DNA of 64,000 bases from Pseudomonadota bacterium (GTDB lineage Bacteria > Pseudomonadota > Gammaproteobacteria > Steroidobacterales > JBCBZW01). A model generated the notes under the pieces. The model was not told the DNA's origin. It saw nothing but the letters and a program-made list of their open reading frames with translations, and ran no database searches. This document shows positions 16,839 to 23,762 of this stretch, piece by piece (position 1 is the first letter of the stretch; each line of letters starts with the position of its first letter). The stretch is from assembly GCA_039815145.1 (NCBI GenBank), contig JBCBZW010000010.1, positions 2,404 through 66,403 on the forward strand, read 5' to 3'. A program made the position numbers and the translations under genes.

Positions 16839-16901
16839 TCCGCAACGCCCAACGCCCTGCGATCCGATCCCCTAGGTGACCCTCCCCCGGGTCACCGCCC
16901 C

Positions 16902-16942
16902 GCGCCGAGTCCTGGCTCCCCCGGGCTCGGCGCACCTTTTTT
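16902..16942 (+). terminator. Rho-independent terminator
   Basis: GC-rich stem 16902-16912 pairing with 16924-16933 (10 bp, one bulge), followed by TTTTTT at 16937-16942. A second hairpin GGTGACCC/GGGTCACC lies at 16875-16896. Confidence 0.75.
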
Positions 16943-17048
16943 CCCGTCTACAGATTCGGCCTAGATCCGTACACGCATCGGGGCAGTTTCGCAGAGACGG
17001 CGCGCATCTCCTTCGCTAAGCTGGGGGCTCTTCGGTAAGCGTCGCCCC

Positions 17049-18095
17049 ATGTCCAAGTTCAAATCCACCGTCCACCGCCGCGTCAGCCTCACCGACGGCA
17101 CCGAGTTCGACGTCGCGCCGGGCGACACCCTGCTGCAAGGCGGGCTCAAGGCCGGTCTCGACTGGCCTAACGGCTGCCGGGTCGGACTCTGCGGCAGCTG
17201 CCGTTGCCGCGTCACGCGCGGCAAGGTGCGGGCCTTGACCAGCTTCTCCACGGTGCTCGCTGCCCAGGAGCAGCAAGACGGTCACGTGCTCGCCTGCCGC
17301 GCCGAACCCGAGAGCGATCTCACGGTGGAAAGCGATCAGCTCTTCCTAGGGCTCGGCCCCGACGACGCCGACATCGAAGGCGTGGTCTCGCGCGTCGATC
17401 AGCTCACCCCACTCGTCTGCCTGGTGCAGATCGACTTGGATCACCCGCACGCGCGGGGCTACAGCGGCGGGCAGTACGCGCGCCTGGAGGTGCCAGGGGC
17501 CGTCGCGCCACGGTGCTTCTCCTTCGCCAACGCCTGTCGCGGCGACGGCCAGCTGCGCTTCTTTGTGCGCTTATTCCCCGGCGGGCAGCTCGGCGATTGG
17601 CTCGCCAGCGCCGATCGCCTGGGCGCGAGGGTGCGCGTGAGTCGACCGCTCGGTCACTTCGTGCTGCGCGATGCCCATCGCCCAGCCCTGTTCTTCGCCG
17701 GCGGCACGGGCTTGGCGCCGGTGCTGGCGATGCTGGAGGAGCTGGCGAGCCGGCCTGCCGCAGAACAACCGCCCGTTCGCGTCGCGTACGCCGCCCGCGA
17801 TCAACAGCACCTGTTTCACCGTCGCTACCTCGACCCCATCGTGGACCGATGGGCGGCCGGCACCCGCATCGACTTCATCAACGTGCTCTCGCGCGAGCCA
17901 CGCCCCAGCAGCTGGCGCGGCCTGCGCGGGCACTTCTTCGAGCACCTTCCCCTGCTCACCGCGGGCTTCGAGCAAGCGGACGCCTACCTGTGTGGACCAC
18001 CGGGCCTGGTCGATGCGACCCAGCTGTTCCTGGTCAAAGCCGGCTTCACACTCGACCGGATCTCCGGCGACCGCTTCCTTCCCTCCTTCGGCTAA
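17049..18095 (+). CDS. 2Fe-2S ferredoxin / FAD / NAD(P)H oxidoreductase (FNR-type oxygenase-reductase-like)
   Basis: Plant-type cluster motif CRVGLCGSCRC...LAC. FAD motif RCFSF and NAD motif GGTGLAP. 348 aa. Confidence 0.85.
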   Translation: MSKFKSTVHRRVSLTDGTEFDVAPGDTLLQGGLKAGLDWPNGCRVGLCGSCRCRVTRGKVRALTSFSTVLAAQEQQDGHVLACRAEPESDLTVESDQLFLGLGPDDADIEGVVSRVDQLTPLVCLVQIDLDHPHARGYSGGQYARLEVPGAVAPRCFSFANACRGDGQLRFFVRLFPGGQLGDWLASADRLGARVRVSRPLGHFVLRDAHRPALFFAGGTGLAPVLAMLEELASRPAAEQPPVRVAYAARDQQHLFHRRYLDPIVDRWAAGTRIDFINVLSREPRPSSWRGLRGHFFEHLPLLTAGFEQADAYLCGPPGLVDATQLFLVKAGFTLDRISGDRFLPSFG

Positions 18096-18189
18096 CACAC
18101 CCAACACCCCGCTTAGATCACTTTTCCCCGGTCCCCCGTAACGACTTCAGAGGGACCGCCTGGCTCCACCGCTGCCTAGGGAAGAGACC

Positions 18190-21100
18190 ATGACTACGAC
18201 GGGACAACGCCGCCTATTCGAGCGCCTGACCTCACGCCCCCGCTGGGTACTGCTGCTGAGCGCCGCGTGGCTGATCGGATCGGGCGTCGGTCTCGCACGA
18301 CTGCACAAGGACGTGTCCCTCGAGGCCTTCGTCCCTCCCGATCACCCCTCCCTCCTCGCCGACCGCGACATCGACGCCACCTTCGGCGTCGGCGATCCGA
18401 TGGCGCTGGCCCTCCAGGTACCGCAGGGTCGATCGGTCTTCGAACCGCAAGTGCTGGCGCTGATCGAGGAGCTGACCCGAGCGATCGAGTCCCTGGACAA
18501 CGTCGTGGCGGATCGCGTGGTATCGCTCGCGACCGAATCGAGTATCGCCGGCACGCAGGACGCATTGCGTGTCGACCCCTACGTCGACAGGCCCGCCGAC
18601 GGGGTCAGCGCGGCCGACAGCTACGTGCGGTGGACACGTATGCCCCCGCACCAGGGCACGCTGGCGTCGTGGGATGCACGCGGCGCGATGGTGCTGTTCG
18701 AACTCGTCGACGACGATCAGGCCACCACCACCTACGCCGACTTAACGCGATTGATCGGTGAGCACACCGCGGACGGTGTCGACTTCCATATCGCAGGACC
18801 TGCGGCAGTGAGCGCGATCCTGAGCGAGCGCATCGACGAGGACGCCAAGGCCATGCAACCCCTGGTCTTCATCGTCGTGCTCGCGTTCCTGTACCTCGCC
18901 TTCCGCCGCCTGCAAGCGCTGATCGCACCGCTGGTGGTGATCGCGGGGGCGACAGTCGGGGCCATGGGCATGATGGCCTGGAACGGCGTGCCCTATTTCG
19001 CCATCACCAATGCGCTGCCGGTCATCCTCGTCGCCATCGCGGTGGCGGACGCGATTCACGTCATGTCGCACTACTACGCCCTGCGTGCCAACGCGCCGCG
19101 AGAACGCACGCGGGAGATCGTCGTCGAGACGATGAGCGTCATGGCCAAGCCCATCACCCTCACCACCGTGACCACCATGGCTGGCTTTGCCGGGATCGCC
19201 CTCACCTCGATCATGCCGCCGATCACCTACTTCGCCTGGTACGCCGCACTCGGCGTGTTCCTCGCGTGGGTCTTCTCCATGGTCACGCTGCCCAACCTGC
19301 TCGTGCTCCTGCGCCCCGGCCCAGGTCCGGCCTTCCCGTGCGACGCCGCCCCCACCGGCCTAGGCGCCTGGTGGCTGCGCGTCAGCCAGGCCGCCGCGGA
19401 CCGACCGCGCGCGACCGTGCTCCTGCTGCTCCTGGCCGTGGTGATCGGTGGCTGGCAAGCGAGCGCCCTGCGCTTCGATCGCTCGCAAGTCGAGAATTTC
19501 GCCCCCGGCGATCCCGTGCGCGTGGCCGATGAGTTCATCAACGAGGCCTTCGCAGGTACAGCGTTCCTCGATGTACTGGTCGAGGCGCACGCCCCCGGAG
19601 GACTGCTGAACACGAGCGCCATGGTGCGTCTCGCCAAACTGCAGGCGTTCATCGATGGCCAGGCCAACGTACGCATCAGCGTGTCCATCGTCGACTACCT
19701 GTCGCTGCTCCATCAGGCCCTGACCGACGACGTACCCGCGAGGGACGGTCTCTCGCCGCCGGTGCGCCCTCTTCCCGACGAGGACGACGCGGTCGCGCAG
19801 TACCTACTGGTCTACGAAGCCTCCGGTGACCCGACGGACTTCGAAGAGGAGATCGACAGCACGGGCACGCGCGCGCTGATCCGAATCGCCCTCGATGCCT
19901 CGCACTACTCGCGCACGCGGGAGGCGGTGGAGGCCATCGATCGCTACCTCGTCGATCATTTCAACGACGCGCAGGTCTCGGCCCAGCTCGGCGGCAACGT
20001 GAACCTCACCTATCACTGGATGCACCGCCTGCAGGCCACCCATGTGGTGGGCGTGCTCCTGTCCTTGCTGATGGTGACCGTGACCGCCGTCGTCCTCCTG
20101 CGTTCCCTGTCGGTCGGTTTGCTCGCGGTGGTGCCGGTGAGCCTGACGATTCTCATCCTCTACGCCGTCATGGCGAGCCTTGGGGTGTATCTGGAGCCCG
20201 CGACCAGTATGTTCGCCGCCATCTCCGTCGGCCTCGGTGTGGACTTCGCGATCCACCTCATCGTGCGCCTGCGCGCTGCGGGGGAGCGCCATGGTGAGGC
20301 CCTGAACGCCGTGCTCGCCGAGGCGGTGCCACCGACCGCGCGCGCGTGCTTTTTCAACGCTGCGGCGCTGGGCGCCGGCTTCTGCGTGCTCACGGCGAGC
20401 GACCTGCTCACGCTGCAACGCTTCGGGGCCATGATCGCGCTGGCCGCCTTCGCGAGCTTCGTGCTGGCGCTGGTCGTCGTGCCCGCGTGCTACGCCCTAC
20501 TGCGCCGGCCCGCGGGCCAGGAGGTCGGCAGCCACCAGGGCGGCGCGCTCGGTGGCAGCGTCGGCGCCGTGCTGCTCGGGATGGTGCTCACCAACCTGCT
20601 CTTGTCCCCGTCGGCGCAGGCCAAGGTGGAGGTGGACGCCGACTGGGTCGCCCAGCAGGTCGCCTCACGGCCCGAAGGGCAAGCCGTGCGGCGCGTGATC
20701 GACATGACACTGACCGACCGTCGCGGGGCCACCAAGCAGCGCCAGGCGATCGTGCTCAAGCGCACGTCGGCCGAGGGTAGGCGCGAGACGCGGATCACCT
20801 ACACCGCCCCTCGCGCGGTGCGCCACACGTCGTTCTTGAGCCACGACCGAGGGTCGATGGGCGAGGATCTGCGTTGGTTGTACCTGCCGGCCGCACGCAA
20901 GGTGCGGCGCATCCCCGCCAACGAGCGAGGCGACTACTTCCTCGGCACGGACTTCTCCTACGAGGATGTGCAAAGCGAGCTGAAATTCGATCTGGCCGAC
21001 TATCGCTTCGAGTTGCTGGACGGCGCCGAAGGCGCGGATCGCTACGCGCTCGCGGGCGTGGCGGTCGATCCACAGGTAGCGCGTGAACTGGGCTACGGGC

Positions 21101-21381
21101 GTATCGAGGCGCTCATCGATAGCCAGAGCTGGCTGCCCCTACGCATCGAGTTCTTCGACCCTGACCTGCGCCCCCTCAAGACCATCGAAGTGCGCCGGCA
21201 GGCGCGTATCGACGGTATCTGGACGGTGCTCGAGATTCACGCCCAGCATCTTCAGCAGGAGCACAGCACGCTGTTCACCTATCGCGACGTCACCTACCCG
21301 ACGCAGCTGGACGAGGGATTGTTCGACGCACGGCGCCTGCCGCGCCACCTGTCGCAGGCGCAACTCAACGCTGCGCCATAG
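18190..21381 (+). CDS. RND-superfamily (MMPL/HpnN-like) transporter fused to a C-terminal periplasmic LolA-like lipoprotein-sorting-type domain
   Basis: 1063-aa single ORF. Two 6-TM bundles each follow a large periplasmic loop, ending at ...CYALLRRP. A hydrophobic signal-like helix comes next, then a 252-aa domain with LRWLYLPAARKVRRIP and DYFLGTDFSYEDV motifs typical of stand-alone LolA-like outer membrane lipoprotein-sorting proteins. Confidence 0.8.
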   Translation: MTTTGQRRLFERLTSRPRWVLLLSAAWLIGSGVGLARLHKDVSLEAFVPPDHPSLLADRDIDATFGVGDPMALALQVPQGRSVFEPQVLALIEELTRAIESLDNVVADRVVSLATESSIAGTQDALRVDPYVDRPADGVSAADSYVRWTRMPPHQGTLASWDARGAMVLFELVDDDQATTTYADLTRLIGEHTADGVDFHIAGPAAVSAILSERIDEDAKAMQPLVFIVVLAFLYLAFRRLQALIAPLVVIAGATVGAMGMMAWNGVPYFAITNALPVILVAIAVADAIHVMSHYYALRANAPRERTREIVVETMSVMAKPITLTTVTTMAGFAGIALTSIMPPITYFAWYAALGVFLAWVFSMVTLPNLLVLLRPGPGPAFPCDAAPTGLGAWWLRVSQAAADRPRATVLLLLLAVVIGGWQASALRFDRSQVENFAPGDPVRVADEFINEAFAGTAFLDVLVEAHAPGGLLNTSAMVRLAKLQAFIDGQANVRISVSIVDYLSLLHQALTDDVPARDGLSPPVRPLPDEDDAVAQYLLVYEASGDPTDFEEEIDSTGTRALIRIALDASHYSRTREAVEAIDRYLVDHFNDAQVSAQLGGNVNLTYHWMHRLQATHVVGVLLSLLMVTVTAVVLLRSLSVGLLAVVPVSLTILILYAVMASLGVYLEPATSMFAAISVGLGVDFAIHLIVRLRAAGERHGEALNAVLAEAVPPTARACFFNAAALGAGFCVLTASDLLTLQRFGAMIALAAFASFVLALVVVPACYALLRRPAGQEVGSHQGGALGGSVGAVLLGMVLTNLLLSPSAQAKVEVDADWVAQQVASRPEGQAVRRVIDMTLTDRRGATKQRQAIVLKRTSAEGRRETRITYTAPRAVRHTSFLSHDRGSMGEDLRWLYLPAARKVRRIPANERGDYFLGTDFSYEDVQSELKFDLADYRFELLDGAEGADRYALAGVAVDPQVARELGYGRIEALIDSQSWLPLRIEFFDPDLRPLKTIEVRRQARIDGIWTVLEIHAQHLQQEHSTLFTYRDVTYPTQLDEGLFDARRLPRHLSQAQLNAAP
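20539..21378 (+). other. Internal signal-peptide-like helix (20539-20622) plus LolA-like domain (20623-21378) of the fusion protein
   Basis: GGALGGSVGAVLLGMVLTNLLLSPSAQA|KVEVD looks like an h-region followed by an AXA-type site. It lies directly after the last RND TM helix and a short Arg-containing cytoplasmic linker. Confidence 0.6.
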
Positions 21382-22721
21382 TGATCACATCAACCAAATT
21401 ACTAGCCGCCTTCCTCCTGGCGTGCGTGGCGAGTACAGCAGCACTTGCGCTGAGCCTCGAGGAGACCTCGCTGGATGCCCACGTGGCCTACCAGCACGCG
21501 AGTGCCGAGGGGCAGAGCATCTCCACCCTGGGCACGCTGGAAGGTGGCCTGACCGTACGCTGGCGGGAGGCTTTCAGCGTGCGCGCGAGTGCCTGGCTGG
21601 ACACCGATGCGAGCGGCAGGCTGCGCCCACGCGACTTCGACCAGCGCCGCTTCGTTCATGCGAGCAACTTCAATCGTGCGATCGATCTCGGCCCCCACGC
21701 CAGCCTGGAGCTGCGCGATCTGTACCTGCAATGGCAAGGCGATCGAACCCAGTTACGCATCGGCAAGCAGCAAGTGGTGTGGGGCAAACTCGACGGACTG
21801 CGGGTGCTCGACCAGGTGCACCCCGCCGACTTCCATCGTTTCCTGTTGCTGGACGATGCGCGCCGCCGCCTGCCCCAATGGGGCGTTCACGCCACCCACT
21901 ACCTGGCGCGCTGGAGCCTCGAGGCGGTGGTGCTGGTGGACAATACGGTGCACGACATCGCCGACCCAGGCGGCTGGTTCACCTTCCGCGCTCCACGCCT
22001 GCGCTACGGGTTCGCTGCTGAAGAGATCAGCGAGGGCATCGACGTGCACTCTGATCTCCCGGCCCCCTGGTCCGACGCTACCCTGGGCCTGCGTGCATCG
22101 CGACAGATCGGCGCCCACGAGATCGCCCTGGTCGCCAAGCGCGGCCACGACTTCGAGGGGATCGGCGAACTGCGGCTGGCGCCCACGGACGAGGCCACCT
22201 CGCTGCAGCTCGAACGGCGCTATCCACGGCACGATCTTCTGGGGGTCGCTTGGGAGAGCGGCGTGGGCGGCGTAGTCATGCGCGGCGAGCTCGCCTGGCA
22301 CCCTCGCCGCAGCTTCAACGTGCGCGACGCGCAGGGGCAGTTGCGCGTCACGCAGGCGAATCAGTGGTTGCTGGGCCTCGCCGTCGATGCCGACCTGCCC
22401 TTTGGGATCCTGGCCAGCTCGCAGCTGCTGTTCGACCGCGTGGTGGACGCGCCAGCGGGACTGGTGAGGCCGCCGCAGGACTGGATCGCCACCCTGGCCC
22501 TGCGGCGTGCCCTGCGCTACGAGGCGCTGCAACTGCAGCTGCGCTACTTCCGCGACCTGAAGGTGGGCGATGGACTGGTCGATATCAGCGTGCGCTACGC
22601 CATCAACGATCGCCTCGCCCTCGGCTTGAGGCACGCGCAGTTCCACGGTGCCACCGGCGGTCTGTTCGGCCAGTTCGCCGACCGTGATGTGGTGGAGTTG
22701 AGAGTGGAAGCAAGCTTGTAG
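21381..22721 (+). CDS. DUF1302-like outer-membrane beta-barrel protein
   Basis: The GTG start overlaps the upstream stop (TAGTG). Signal peptide KLLAAFLLACVASTAALA. The motif LRDLYLQWQGDRTQLRIGKQQVVWGKLDG resembles the DUF1302 signature. The rest shows an alternating beta-strand pattern. Confidence 0.65.
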   Translation: MITSTKLLAAFLLACVASTAALALSLEETSLDAHVAYQHASAEGQSISTLGTLEGGLTVRWREAFSVRASAWLDTDASGRLRPRDFDQRRFVHASNFNRAIDLGPHASLELRDLYLQWQGDRTQLRIGKQQVVWGKLDGLRVLDQVHPADFHRFLLLDDARRRLPQWGVHATHYLARWSLEAVVLVDNTVHDIADPGGWFTFRAPRLRYGFAAEEISEGIDVHSDLPAPWSDATLGLRASRQIGAHEIALVAKRGHDFEGIGELRLAPTDEATSLQLERRYPRHDLLGVAWESGVGGVVMRGELAWHPRRSFNVRDAQGQLRVTQANQWLLGLAVDADLPFGILASSQLLFDRVVDAPAGLVRPPQDWIATLALRRALRYEALQLQLRYFRDLKVGDGLVDISVRYAINDRLALGLRHAQFHGATGGLFGQFADRDVVELRVEASL

Positions 22722-22968
22722 GGGCTCGCCAAGGGCCATCCGATAGGGCTCAGAAAGGGTGCCAACGCTGGGTCGATCCGCGGCCCCGCGATCGACCACC
22801 GCGAGACGGTCTGGCGATTACCGACTTCTGAGACGCTCTAAGCCAGCACAAGTCGATAATATTCAGCCACTTAGATAGGGATACACTTGTTTCACGCGGA
22901 GGCCTTTACTACGTACCCAAGCACGGTAAACTTGAGGAGTACGATAAAAACACCACGGACGGACCCTC

Positions 22969-23631
22969 GTGAAACTCAACGCTCTAGGCGCTACCGCAGC
23001 TGCTCTACTGCTTCCCCTATCGGGATTCGCGGCCACCACCGCGTTCTACCAGACCGACGTCGGCCTGGGGTTGGATATCCCCGACAACGACCCGATGGGC
23101 GTATCGAGCACCATCGAGGCGGTCGCAGGCGACACGCTGCTGGGCTTCGTGCCCGACGGTGGCGGCCTCATCGAGGACGTGGAGGTGGTCATCAGCCTCG
23201 ACCACACCTTCATCGGCGACCTCATCATCACCCTCACCTCGCCCGAGGGCACCGAGATCACGCTGCTGGATCGTCCTTCCGGCGACGCGGCCTTCGACAG
23301 CTCCAACCTGCAAGGTCAGTCGTTCATCTACTTCACGGATCGCTCTATCGTGGCCGCAGACACCGCGGGTGCCGGCTGCGACACGAACGGCATCGTGGGT
23401 CTCGATTGCCAAGGCATCTTCGCCCCTGTCGACGTGACGACGGCGCTCGCCGGCGAAAACCTGCTAGGCCTTTGGACGCTCACCATCTCCGACAACGCGG
23501 GGATCGACACCGGCGACCTGAACGGTTGGTACATCGAGATCGACTTCACTCCCGTGCCGCTGCCGGCCAGTGCGTGGATGCTCATCGCGGCCCTCGGCGG
23601 CCTCGGGCTCATGCGCCGTCGCAACGCCTAG
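22969..23631 (+). CDS. Proprotein-convertase P-domain protein with VPLPA-CTERM (PEP-CTERM-like) sorting signal
   Basis: Signal peptide MKLNALGATAAALLLPLSGFA. P-domain core DHTFIGDLIITLTSPEGTEITLLDRP ... GLWTLTISDN. C-terminus VPLPASAWMLIAALGGLGLMRRRNA. Locally AT-rich upstream region. Confidence 0.75.
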   Translation: MKLNALGATAAALLLPLSGFAATTAFYQTDVGLGLDIPDNDPMGVSSTIEAVAGDTLLGFVPDGGGLIEDVEVVISLDHTFIGDLIITLTSPEGTEITLLDRPSGDAAFDSSNLQGQSFIYFTDRSIVAADTAGAGCDTNGIVGLDCQGIFAPVDVTTALAGENLLGLWTLTISDNAGIDTGDLNGWYIEIDFTPVPLPASAWMLIAALGGLGLMRRRNA

Positions 23632-23681
23632 CGGACGCGAGGTGAAAGCCGGCTCATCCCTCGAGTCCGGCACGCGCTGAG

Positions 23682-23708
23682 AAAAGGTCGCCCGAGGGCG
23701 GCCTTTTT
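23682..23708. terminator. Bidirectional Rho-independent terminator between convergent genes
   Basis: AAAA-GGTCGCC-CGAG-GGCGGCC-TTTTT: a 7-bp stem (one G-U pair) flanked by an A-tract and a T-tract. Confidence 0.7.
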
Positions 23709-23762
23709 CATGTCGCCCCGGCCATGATCGGCGCTACGCGATCGATGCATCGGTGCTCACGC

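Noticed and set aside
17204-18193. 329-aa ORF in a second plus-strand frame overlapping the reductase gene.
   Set aside because: The product is Arg-rich nonsense. The 17049 frame contains intact 2Fe-2S, FAD and NAD motifs.
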